The notes below the pieces were generated by a model. That model had not been told where the DNA came from and searched no databases. It worked only from the letters and a program-made list of their open reading frames with translations. Position numbers and translations under genes: made by a program. Below are positions 16,183 to 24,284 of a stretch of 25,731 bases of DNA, piece by piece. The first letter of the stretch is position 1, and every line of letters begins with the position of its first letter. This DNA is from a virus (taxonomy: Duplodnaviria; Caudoviricetes): positions 1 through 25,731 of the IMG/VR virus record IMGVR_UViG_3300004241_000046; one strand, written 5' to 3'.

Positions 16183-18090
16183 TCAAAATGGTATATCATC
16201 TTCAGTTTGTTCGTGCGGATCAATCGCGCCGCCCTTGTCGGCCTCTACGATTGCCCGCCGTTCCTCCGCGTCGTCCGGATCGATGTATCCGGACTGGCGC
16301 GCCTGATACCTGTATTCCGCTCCTACGTGGTCGGCATAGCGCAAGGCATCCTCTTCCGTCTTGATGTCTCCTTGCGCTGTGACGCCCTCCGGGAGAGCCT
16401 CTTTCACTTTCTGACCGTTCGCGCCGCGTGGAGTCTCCGAAAGTTCTACTTTCACAACTTCCGGAAACTTGCTGCCCGCGATGGTCCGAATCGTAATCCG
16501 CAAAGGTTCACGCAACGCCCCTAAATTTGCGATTCTGGAGGCCTCCTTTGCGTCTTGAGGCATGGGGACGCCTTCCGGTGCGCGTTCCTTCCACCATGCT
16601 TCAAATTTCTTCCGCGCCCAGCCGGTATGCTCCGGACAAATCCACTGGGATTGAAAATCGTTGAATCCGAGCAGATAGTCAACCCGGAGCGTTCGGGGAG
16701 TGCCGGGTTCCGCGCCCCGTTTTTCGTGAACGGAATAAAAAGTTTCCTTGACGTCGTATTCCGTTTCCGAACTTTCGCCGGATAAAATCCCGTCACTGGC
16801 GGCGCGTGTCCCGTGATTCAACTTGAGTTCCGATTTTGGAAACTCATAACCGCAATCCGGGCATGTCGTATAGGACGCCATAAAAACGGCCTGGCATTGC
16901 GGACATTCACGCATGGGCGGCGCCATGCGTCCGGCGCGCCCGGAACGCCCCTCGATCCGGATCATGTCCACCGGACCATGCCGCATGATATTCTGTCCGT
17001 AATCCAATACGAGGCAATCCGTTTTTCCGGTGTCGGGAGACAGGCGGAACCCGCGCCCCACCATCTGGTAATACAGCCCCGGTGAGTTCGTCGGCCGGAG
17101 CAATACAATGCAGTCGATCGCGGGCGCGTCGAATCCGGTCGTCAACACTCCGACGTTGACCAGATATTTGAGTTCTGTTTTCTGGACGCCGAAGAGGTCA
17201 ACGGGGATTTTTTCGCCCTTGAACCGGACGAGGATTTCCGCGCGTTCCTCCTTCGGCGTGTCCCCGACGACAAACCCGCATTCCTCGCCGGAATTTGTCT
17301 CGATCTCCTGTTTGATGTGCTGCGCATGCAACACGCTGGACGCAAAAATCAGGACTTTTTTACGCTCATTTGTCAGCTTCACGACCTCGGAACAGGCATC
17401 CTTTACAAGCCGGTCATTGTCCATCTTTTCGGCGATTTCTTCCGGGATGAATTCACCGCCGCGAATGTGCAGATTTTCAAGGTCCGCTTTGCATTTTCCG
17501 TTTTTGGATTTCAGCTTTGACAAAAATCCGGCAACGATCAGCTCGCGGACGCTGATTTCATAGCACACCTCATTCAGGATATTTTCCGGCTTGCAGATGA
17601 TCCCGCCTTTGAGGCGGTAAGGTGTCGCGGTCATGCCGATAATGCGGACGTTCGGATTCAGCTTTTCAGCCTCCTCAAGAAATGTCCGATACATCCCTTC
17701 CCCGTCCGGCGGAATCAGGTGCGCTTCGTCGATCAAAATGAGGTCGAAACTGCCGAGCTCCGGAGCCTTGTTATAGACGCTCTGAATCCCGGCAACAATG
17801 ACTTGCTCATCTGTATCGCGGCATCCGAGTCCAGCGGAATATACCCCGATCCGGAGCTCCTGACAGAGTGCGGAAATTTTCGCCGCATTCTGCTCAAGAA
17901 GTTCCTTGACGTGTGCGAGGATCAGGCAACGCCCATTCCAGAGCGTGGCGGCATCCGTCACGATCTTTGCAATGACCAGGCTTTTTCCGCCGCCGGTCGG
18001 GATCACCACGCACGAGTTCGATTCTTTCGCTCGCATGTGGCAATATACGGCGTTGACCGCCTCTTGCTGGTAATTTCTCAAGTGCATCAT
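16183..18090 (-). CDS. SF2 helicase, RadD/YejH-like, with Zn finger
   Basis: 'LRNYQ', 'PTGGGKS', 'DEAH', 'TAT', 'LTTGFDAP', 'QMVGRGFR', CPQC..CPDC. Likely start ATG 18090, right after the rusA stop. Confidence 0.95.
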   Translation of the reverse strand: MMHLRNYQQEAVNAVYCHMRAKESNSCVVIPTGGGKSLVIAKIVTDAATLWNGRCLILAHVKELLEQNAAKISALCQELRIGVYSAGLGCRDTDEQVIVAGIQSVYNKAPELGSFDLILIDEAHLIPPDGEGMYRTFLEEAEKLNPNVRIIGMTATPYRLKGGIICKPENILNEVCYEISVRELIVAGFLSKLKSKNGKCKADLENLHIRGGEFIPEEIAEKMDNDRLVKDACSEVVKLTNERKKVLIFASSVLHAQHIKQEIETNSGEECGFVVGDTPKEERAEILVRFKGEKIPVDLFGVQKTELKYLVNVGVLTTGFDAPAIDCIVLLRPTNSPGLYYQMVGRGFRLSPDTGKTDCLVLDYGQNIMRHGPVDMIRIEGRSGRAGRMAPPMRECPQCQAVFMASYTTCPDCGYEFPKSELKLNHGTRAASDGILSGESSETEYDVKETFYSVHEKRGAEPGTPRTLRVDYLLGFNDFQSQWICPEHTGWARKKFEAWWKERAPEGVPMPQDAKEASRIANLGALREPLRITIRTIAGSKFPEVVKVELSETPRGANGQKVKEALPEGVTAQGDIKTEEDALRYADHVGAEYRYQARQSGYIDPDDAEERRAIVEADKGGAIDPHEQTEDDIPF

Positions 18091-18091
18091 T

Positions 18092-18460
18092 TTAACAGGG
18101 TTTTGCCTCAATTTCGAGATGAATCAATCCAGCGGGCGGCAACGGCTCGCGCTTATGCGCCTCGATGTCCATAATCTGGGAATCATCCTCGATACAACCA
18201 GCCTTGACGAGCGAATCGAAAAGGCACTTGAACAGATTGTCGAGGTCACGGGCGCGGCGGTCAGGCGGGTAATATTCCACAATGACTTTTACCGGCCCAT
18301 GAATCATTTCTTGCCCACTCTGCTGGAAGCGCATTTTTACCGTATCGTGATATTTCCGGCCCTCTTTGGAAATAATCGGATACGAAAAACCTTTGACAAA
18401 CCTCCGGTAACTGTTTTCAGATACAGCTACCGGAAGTTCGAGTTCAGTTCTCGGAATCAC
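18092..18460 (-). CDS. rusA: RusA-family Holliday junction resolvase
   Basis: 'PPDRRARDLDNLFKCLFDSL...IEDDSQI' signature. Confidence 0.93.
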   Translation of the reverse strand: MIPRTELELPVAVSENSYRRFVKGFSYPIISKEGRKYHDTVKMRFQQSGQEMIHGPVKVIVEYYPPDRRARDLDNLFKCLFDSLVKAGCIEDDSQIMDIEAHKREPLPPAGLIHLEIEAKPC

Positions 18461-18939
18461 TTCTTCGCGGCCCAGGGAGGCGCGGCGGGCGTCGCGGGAA
18501 CGGAGGGCGAGGTTCCGGCGGCGGCCGCAGCGTAAGCGGGTGTTTCCTTGGCGGCGAATCCAGCGATTTCGTTGGACGCCTCGTATTCGCCGTCTGCGGG
18601 TTTAACCTTGATTTTGACCGTGAGCGGGAGATTGTAAAGATCCTGCGGATTCACGGCGTCCGGCAGGCCAACGGCGACTTTCAACGCCTTGACTTGCCGG
18701 CGGGCGATTTCCTGCGTTTCCGTGTTCGAGTGCCAGAGGTTGAACCGCCCGAAAATCTTCCGTCCCTTGAACTCGCCGGACAGAATTTCAAAGGTCATTT
18801 TCAGAAAATATCCGCTCCCGTTTTTGCAGGGCTTCTTGTCCGAACATTCGGTCAGACAGGCTTGATATTTTCCGGCTGGGAGCGCCTCGAAAATTTCAGC
18901 CGGATTGATTTGTGAATCGTCGTAATCAAATATTGCCAT
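18457..18939 (-). CDS. DUF669-like putative single-stranded DNA-binding protein
   Basis: 'LPAGKY', 'FEILSGEFKGRKIF', 'NEIAGF' and Ala/Pro tail ending 'PPW'. Follows the Sak4-like ATPase. Confidence 0.8.
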   Translation of the reverse strand: MAIFDYDDSQINPAEIFEALPAGKYQACLTECSDKKPCKNGSGYFLKMTFEILSGEFKGRKIFGRFNLWHSNTETQEIARRQVKALKVAVGLPDAVNPQDLYNLPLTVKIKVKPADGEYEASNEIAGFAAKETPAYAAAAAGTSPSVPATPAAPPWAAKK

Positions 18940-18945
18940 GATGTT

Positions 18946-19758
18946 TTATTCCTCTTTTTTGAGTTCTTTTTTGGTGTTCTCTTCTGCATCGTAGACCGCG
19001 CGCCACGCGCCCATGAAGGCGTTCCAGTCAAGCGGCAATTCGTCCGGAAGCTGAAAGCGGCGTTTTGCAATCTGTGGACCGTCGATTCCGCCGCCGTCCG
19101 TGACCATAATCCGCTCGCCGCCATTTTCTCCGATGGCGACCGTCCGGACGTTGACTTTCCCGAACCCGGCGTCGGTCTTTTCCGCGCGAACTTTCCGCGT
19201 GGCGAAAAATACGCCGTCCGCGGACTCGATCAGAATGTCCATTGCCTTTTTGTAGAGCCGAGGCTGGAACTGGTCATACTGGCCGATCCGTGAGCTGAAC
19301 ACACGCACGAGGTCACAGTGCCCGACAAGGATCACGCTCATGCCGCGCTCATTGCGAATCCGGGCGATCTTGTCGAAAATTTCCTGCCACTCGGAAGTAT
19401 ATTCCTTGTAGCCCTTCCCGTATCCGCCCTTTGCGTCGAGGATGTTGTCAACCCCGTATCGTTCGCAGATGTGGCGAAAAAGCATTCGTTCCGTCGCGGA
19501 AATGGAGTCGATGGCCAGCGTCTGGAATTCGTGCGGTTCGGTCTGAATCGAGTCAAGGTAGGCTTTGAACTCATTGTAATTCTTCGCGATTGTGAACTTA
19601 TTGCAGTCGATCTCATTCAGTCCGTCTTCGGTCGGAATAAAAATCGTGCCCGGCGCCTTGGCGGCAAACGTGGACTTTCCAACGCCCTCTTGTCCATACA
19701 GCAGGATAATCGGGGGCTTCGGAGTTTTGCCTTTGGAAATCAGATTCAAAAGTGACAT
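18946..19758 (-). CDS. AAA_24 / Sak4-like ATPase (recombination)
   Basis: 'LYGQEGVGKSTFA', 'TEDG', 'TLAIDS', 'GGYGKGY', 'AKRR'. Confidence 0.88.
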   Translation of the reverse strand: MSLLNLISKGKTPKPPIILLYGQEGVGKSTFAAKAPGTIFIPTEDGLNEIDCNKFTIAKNYNEFKAYLDSIQTEPHEFQTLAIDSISATERMLFRHICERYGVDNILDAKGGYGKGYKEYTSEWQEIFDKIARIRNERGMSVILVGHCDLVRVFSSRIGQYDQFQPRLYKKAMDILIESADGVFFATRKVRAEKTDAGFGKVNVRTVAIGENGGERIMVTDGGGIDGPQIAKRRFQLPDELPLDWNAFMGAWRAVYDAEENTKKELKKEE

Positions 19759-19769
19759 GTTGTATCTCC

Positions 19770-20600
19770 TTAGTAGTTGCTCATGGTGAAAACCATTTTA
19801 CGCTCGTAGCCGGTCGCCCACTCGTTTTTCTCGCAGCACTCTTTCAAGCGGCGGATTGCGGCCATGTTGATTTTTTCCGCGAAATCAAGTTCGGCTTCCG
19901 GGATCATTCCATACCCGGCGATATGAAATTCCGTCTTGTCCACCGCGATGAGGTGACACGGAGCGATCACGCCGCCCGTGGCCTCGCGCAGCACGGCCCG
20001 GTAAAAGGCCATTTGCAGGATATAGCCGTAGTCGCGGACGTCTTTCGAAAAGAAATCGATATCGCGGCACGTCTTGAGGTCAATAATACCGATCTCCGGC
20101 GCGAACCAGTCCATCCGGATTTGACACGGGACGCCCTCGATTTCCGCGCGGACAACACCCTCCGCGACTCCGTAGCGCCCGGCGTCGAGCAGCGCGTAAA
20201 TTTCTTCGTGCTCAAGAACATTTTTTTGCATGAGGAGCATTTCCGCATAATCGGCCGTGCTGATGATGTTGCGCGTCGGCTGGACGGAAAGCCAGTCATG
20301 ATATGCCTTGGAGTCCTTTCCGTAAGGTTTCCCGGTCCGTTCGTTGGTCGGTCCATCGGAAACTATGTATCGCTCCTGAAACGCGGCCATACGCTCCAGA
20401 ATCAGGCAATGCGCGGCGCGTCCGATTAGAAACTCCGGCTTGTCCGGCGTTTCCTCCTCGCTCGTGAGTGAGGCATAATACCGATACGGCGACCGCCGGA
20501 AGTCTGCGAGGCGATGGCTGGAAAGATATTCAGCGGCCCGACTCCGGGCGTGATACTGCTCTTCCGGCTCCTGAATGATGCAAGCGGGGAATGTGCTCAT
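19770..20600 (-). CDS. PD-(D/E)XK exonuclease, RecE/DUF3799-like
   Basis: 'YLSSH..DFRRSP', 'IGRAAHCLILE', 'RMDW...IIDLKT', 'YILQMAFY'. Confidence 0.88.
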   Translation of the reverse strand: MSTFPACIIQEPEEQYHARSRAAEYLSSHRLADFRRSPYRYYASLTSEEETPDKPEFLIGRAAHCLILERMAAFQERYIVSDGPTNERTGKPYGKDSKAYHDWLSVQPTRNIISTADYAEMLLMQKNVLEHEEIYALLDAGRYGVAEGVVRAEIEGVPCQIRMDWFAPEIGIIDLKTCRDIDFFSKDVRDYGYILQMAFYRAVLREATGGVIAPCHLIAVDKTEFHIAGYGMIPEAELDFAEKINMAAIRRLKECCEKNEWATGYERKMVFTMSNY

Positions 20601-21214
20601 TTCTGCACCGCCTTTCCAGACGCGGACGCTTTGGTTTCGGCGGCTTTCTCGAACTGCCAGAGCTCGTAAGTATCACCGGCGTAATAGACGACAAGCGCAA
20701 TGTCGATTTTTGCGGGTTTTACGTCCACGAGAGATTTTTCCGTGTATCCGTCTCCGATCTTGGCGAACTTTCCGGACGCTTGAAGCGTCTTGAACTCTTC
20801 GGGCGTGACTAGCTGGCACCGGCGCTTGTCGCGGAAAATGAAAATGTGTTCGTCTTCTTTCTTCCCGATCCCGTTTATGAAGAGGTCCTGAAGTTCGTCA
20901 TTTGTCATGTTTTTAACCGTTTCCACGACTCCTGTATCAAGGCGGACGACCGTTTTCTTTCCTTCTTCGGGCGTGTGATACTTAACCTCGCACTCGATCA
21001 GGCGATATTCGTATCCGAGCTGGAGACGCTGTGCCTGTTCGTCGATTGTGCTCTGTTCCGACTCGATGTTCGCCTTATACTGGGCGGCGGATTCCTTCAT
21101 CCGCTGTTTGAGTTCAGACTGCTTCTGCTGCGCGGCGGCAAGAGCCTTTCCAATGGCGAGCTTTTCTTCGATTGTGAGGATGCACTGGAGTTCCAGTTTG
21201 AGCTTGTTGTTCAT
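20597..21214 (-). CDS. Hypothetical phage protein (coiled coil plus 'RLDTG' beta domain)
   Basis: Likely start ATG 21214 (GAAGGT SD). The longer track ORF would overlap the 21253-21441 gene. Confidence 0.75.
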   Translation of the reverse strand: MNNKLKLELQCILTIEEKLAIGKALAAAQQKQSELKQRMKESAAQYKANIESEQSTIDEQAQRLQLGYEYRLIECEVKYHTPEEGKKTVVRLDTGVVETVKNMTNDELQDLFINGIGKKEDEHIFIFRDKRRCQLVTPEEFKTLQASGKFAKIGDGYTEKSLVDVKPAKIDIALVVYYAGDTYELWQFEKAAETKASASGKAVQK

Positions 21215-21252
21215 TCTTTTGATACCTTCTTTTATGGGCGGTGCCCGGTTGA

Positions 21253-21441
21253 TTACTTTGCAGGCTGAGGAGTCTTGCTTTCGGCAAGCAAATCTTGTAG
21301 GATTTGATTTTCTTTTTTGAGTTCGACGATTTCCTTTTTGAGCTGGTCCAGTTCGCGCTGAGAAAACGCGTAGCAACTGGCCTTCGTCTTGAGATTGGTT
21401 AGTGCTTCCAGATCGATCGTGACAAGGATTTTTTCTTCCAT
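21253..21441 (-). CDS. Small coiled-coil hypothetical protein
   Basis: 62 aa, AAAGGA SD, heptad-rich 'LDQLKKEIVELKKENQILQDLL'. Confidence 0.65.
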   Translation of the reverse strand: MEEKILVTIDLEALTNLKTKASCYAFSQRELDQLKKEIVELKKENQILQDLLAESKTPQPAK

Positions 21442-21475
21442 TTGACATTTCCTTTCCGGAGGAGTATATTCCTCC
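21442..21475 (+). promoter_or_regulatory. Near-consensus sigma70 promoter with overlapping palindrome
   Basis: TTGACA (21442-21447), 17-nt spacer, TATATT (21465-21470). GGAGGA-GTATAT-TCCTCC at 21458-21475. Confidence 0.5.
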
Positions 21476-21516
21476 TGTTGTTCGTTATTTGTATGAGGCT
21501 CTGGATATGCCAGTAT

Positions 21517-21816
21517 TCAGAGCTTTTTCTTTGGTCTGACCCGATAGCGCGCGCCGAATTCACCAGCGGCCGCATGATTGACGATTTCGATAATTCCCTC
21601 CTGAATCAACTGCTTGATGATTTCCGTCCTTTCTTCCGAGTTGGTGTTGTGGCTCATGCGCTGACTGATCGTGCGTTTTGTGACTCCTTCCCCTCTGTCG
21701 TATCGCCGGAGAATCCGAAGAAGGCTTTCTTCCGCTTTGCTCCAGAGCCCGTCTGTGATGGCTTTCAGTTCACCATCCCGGAAATCGCATTCGATCCGGA
21801 TCGTGATTTTGCTCAT
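21517..21816 (-). CDS. Stand-alone winged-helix protein paralogous to the primase-helicase C-terminus
   Basis: GAAGGAG SD. Aligns by eye to the last ~75 aa of 10875-13328. Confidence 0.8.
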   Translation of the reverse strand: MSKITIRIECDFRDGELKAITDGLWSKAEESLLRILRRYDRGEGVTKRTISQRMSHNTNSEERTEIIKQLIQEGIIEIVNHAAAGEFGARYRVRPKKKL

Positions 21817-21974
21817 GACTTCAAATCTCCTTCCGTTCTTGTTAAAGTGTTTAAGGGTTCAAGATTCCCGTTTTCGGCTTCGTTCAAGGCGTTTTTCGCT
21901 GCAATATGGGTAATCTTCCAGCAGCAGACCAGAAGCCAGCCGACAAAGGCAATGCAAAGAGAAATCAGAATCAT
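21813..21974 (-). CDS. Small single-TM protein (53 aa, not in ORF track)
   Basis: MILISLCIAFVGWLLVCCWKITHIAAKNALNEAENGNLEPLNTLTRTEGDLKS*. ATGA overlaps at both ends. Confidence 0.7.
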   Translation of the reverse strand: MILISLCIAFVGWLLVCCWKITHIAAKNALNEAENGNLEPLNTLTRTEGDLKS

Positions 21975-22234
21975 GCTTTTCCCATCCTGTTTTTGTTTTC
22001 TAAAAATCGCGCGTAAATGCGCGGGTTCTGGACCATGTAGAGGGCGAGCGCGCTGCGCGCCATGACGCCACGGTCGATTCCTGGTTGCAGATTCCCGCGG
22101 GCGATTTCTTCATACATGCGCCCCAGGGAGATTCCGATTACCTCGGCGGCTTTTGTCTTCTTTACGACTTCCGGGACACCCGCGGCGGCAAGCTCTTCCT
22201 CGATGTGCTTTTGATTCATCATGGCGCGCCTCAC
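21971..22234 (-). CDS. Excisionase-like HTH protein
   Basis: 'KTKAAEVIGISLGRMYEEIARGNL' fits the MerR/Xis-type HTH pattern. In the early operon. Confidence 0.6.
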   Translation of the reverse strand: MRRAMMNQKHIEEELAAAGVPEVVKKTKAAEVIGISLGRMYEEIARGNLQPGIDRGVMARSALALYMVQNPRIYARFLENKNRMGKA

Positions 22235-22656
22235 GTCTTTTTCATGTTCATCGCGTGGGCGAGAAGCGTAAGCATAAATTTATTTTCTTTTTCGATGGCT
22301 TTTCGATATTCTGCCATTCCGGAATAAATCCCTTGAATGTGGAATAAATACGGGGTCATTTTAATGACAATATTCATTCCGGGATACAATGCGGGGGAGA
22401 AATCTTTTGCACGAGAAATAGAACTTTGGTCTTTGAAGACAATTACTGTTTCTTTTTTATTGACTATCAATGTGTTTTGATCCCATGTCGTTACGATCGC
22501 TTCAAAAACAATCGGGGCATTCCCTTCCGGAATTTCTTCCGCATAGATGATTTTCTTGCAGAGATTTAATTTCGTCTCCAGTTCGATTTCGTCCCCCGTG
22601 GATAAATTGATGACTTCGGAAAGCAAGTCATTCTTGAGTTGTTTCATGGGTGTCAT
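22231..22656 (-). CDS. Hypothetical protein
   Basis: 141 aa, AT-rich, GAGGAGG SD upstream. No recognisable motif. Confidence 0.7.
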   Translation of the reverse strand: MTPMKQLKNDLLSEVINLSTGDEIELETKLNLCKKIIYAEEIPEGNAPIVFEAIVTTWDQNTLIVNKKETVIVFKDQSSISRAKDFSPALYPGMNIVIKMTPYLFHIQGIYSGMAEYRKAIEKENKFMLTLLAHAMNMKKT

Positions 22657-22678
22657 TTGTAATTAATCCCTCCTCTCG

Positions 22679-22876
22679 TTACGCGTATTGCGTCGCCTTG
22701 TTTGATTTATTAATAATTGACCTCGCCGAACTCACGTTCGATTGCAAATTTTTTTTGAGCAATCGACGAATCACCTCTGCCTCGGAACAATCCCTTTTTA
22801 ACATTTCCGCTTGTATCCGAACTTTCATGCTTTCGCTCACTCTTACCCGGATCGAGTATTTTTTGTCGCCTCTCAT
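22679..22876 (-). CDS. Ribbon-helix-helix protein in the Cro position
   Basis: Start ATG 22876 after AAAGGAGG. 'SIRVRVSESMKVRIQAEMLKRDCSEAEVIRRLL' is an RHH pattern. First gene divergent from the repressor. Confidence 0.75.
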   Translation of the reverse strand: MRGDKKYSIRVRVSESMKVRIQAEMLKRDCSEAEVIRRLLKKNLQSNVSSARSIINKSNKATQYA

Positions 22877-22905
22877 GGATATCCTCCTTTCCAATCTTTG
22901 GTTTC

Positions 22906-22937
22906 TATTAATATAAATGTTTCCTTTTCGGTGTCAA
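22906..22937 (-). promoter_or_regulatory. Early (lytic) leftward promoter
   Basis: TTGACA at 22937-22932 then TATATT after a 16-nt spacer, in the AT-rich divergent intergenic region. Confidence 0.55.
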
Positions 22938-23027
22938 GCTGTTAATTAATAAAATGCGTGTTATATTTATAATTGTGGTAGAAATGTTACCGCTTTGACA
23001 GTACAATATCAACAATGGAGTAATGAC

Positions 23028-23621
23028 ATGAAAGAAAATGCTTTCAATCGCGAAAAGGTTTCCACTATCCTCAATGGGCGCGGATTAACTATTACGGAAG
23101 CGGCTGAAAAATGTGGAACTTCACGCTCTGTTTTATCGCAGTGGTTAAGCGGACGTCGGAACCCGAAACGGCAGGCGATTCGAAAAATTGCCGCCGCTCT
23201 CCGTGTCAATATTAGTGAAATATCCATATATCATGATGACGATCTTGTAACACCGCCGCCAGTTGCTGATCCGTTGCCTGAGCCTGATATAAATGCACAT
23301 TCCACAATTTTTACTTATGTGCTTTCGGAATTAAAACGACAAGTCGCATTGAGCGGACAAGTTAAAGTTGCTGATATTATTGGAATTAGCCCATCACAAG
23401 TTTCTTTGCTTGTCAATGGAAAAGCTCAAATAAGCGATTTGAAACTTTCCGCATTTCTCCGCCTGCTACCGAAAATGAAAATAACGTTTAATTCCGAAAC
23501 TGGTGTTGAATCGGTTGATGTAAAGACTCAACTCCATGCGTTAATAGACCGCATGACCTCCGAAGATGCCGCCACTACAATGAGTGTTATTTTGGCGATG
23601 TTGCCGAAATACAAAAAATAA
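23028..23621 (+). CDS. Immunity repressor candidate with two XRE-type HTH domains
   Basis: ATG 23028 after GGAG. HTH1 'LTITEAAEKCGTSRSVLSQWLSGRRNP', HTH2 'QVKVADIIGISPSQVSLLVNGK'. Divergent from the lytic genes. Confidence 0.85.
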   Translation: MKENAFNREKVSTILNGRGLTITEAAEKCGTSRSVLSQWLSGRRNPKRQAIRKIAAALRVNISEISIYHDDDLVTPPPVADPLPEPDINAHSTIFTYVLSELKRQVALSGQVKVADIIGISPSQVSLLVNGKAQISDLKLSAFLRLLPKMKITFNSETGVESVDVKTQLHALIDRMTSEDAATTMSVILAMLPKYKK

Positions 23622-23632
23622 TAGGGAAAATT

Positions 23633-23824
23633 ATGGAGTATAAAACAAGTTTTGAATGGGATATCGACAAGGCTAAAAAACTTCTTGAAACGATCAATGT
23701 TAATGATGCAGTGACAAGCAAATTAAAAGAGGTCATTTCGTATCTTTTGAATGTTGTTGTTACGCAAGAAGAACGTATTGAGATACTAGAAGGGCAAATT
23801 GAGGAAATTGAAAATAACAATTAG
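23633..23824 (+). CDS. Small acidic helical protein
   Basis: 63 aa, AGGGA SD, 11 bp after the repressor stop. Confidence 0.7.
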   Translation: MEYKTSFEWDIDKAKKLLETINVNDAVTSKLKEVISYLLNVVVTQEERIEILEGQIEEIENNN

Positions 23825-23835
23825 GGATAGCCAAA

Positions 23836-24276
23836 ATGGAAAACGATGAAAAAACGAATCGCGAATATGAAACCAATCGTGCAATTTATTATGAAAAACT
23901 GGTTAACTATTGGTTTGATTCACGATCTCAAGAAACAAAATTTTATATTAATATTTCATTTGGCGGAATTGGTGTTCTTATAACCGTTCTTTCAATTTTG
24001 CTTAATAGCAATAGTATTGCATTATTTACTCCACTTGTTGTTTTTCTATATGTTTCTAGTCTTTCTCTTTTTCTTGCATCTGGAATTTTAGGAGGCATAA
24101 CATATAAAATCAATTCGTGTTACTTGGAAAAATGCAAAGAAGCATTTGAAAATGCCCATCAGGAAAGTCCTAAACCTATTATTTGGTTAGATTATTTAAT
24201 TTATTATATGTTCTATAGTGGGTTACTGTTTTCTATTGCTTTTTTCTTGACTTTTTTCTTTAAAAAAATTATGTGA
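23836..24276 (+). CDS. Membrane protein (about 3 TM helices), lysogenic cargo
   Basis: Three hydrophobic stretches, very AT-rich, downstream of the repressor. Confidence 0.8.
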   Translation: MENDEKTNREYETNRAIYYEKLVNYWFDSRSQETKFYINISFGGIGVLITVLSILLNSNSIALFTPLVVFLYVSSLSLFLASGILGGITYKINSCYLEKCKEAFENAHQESPKPIIWLDYLIYYMFYSGLLFSIAFFLTFFFKKIM

Positions 24277-24284
24277 GGTGAATC

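Noticed and set aside
13325-20600. Restriction-modification or other known defence system from MTases, helicase and nuclease
   Set aside because: Helicase, RusA and PD-(D/E)XK genes form a standard phage recombination/replication module. No cognate restriction or specificity subunit is visible.
21215-21448. N-terminal extension of ORF 20597-21448
   Set aside because: Fully overlaps the credible 62-aa gene. ATG 21214 has its own SD.
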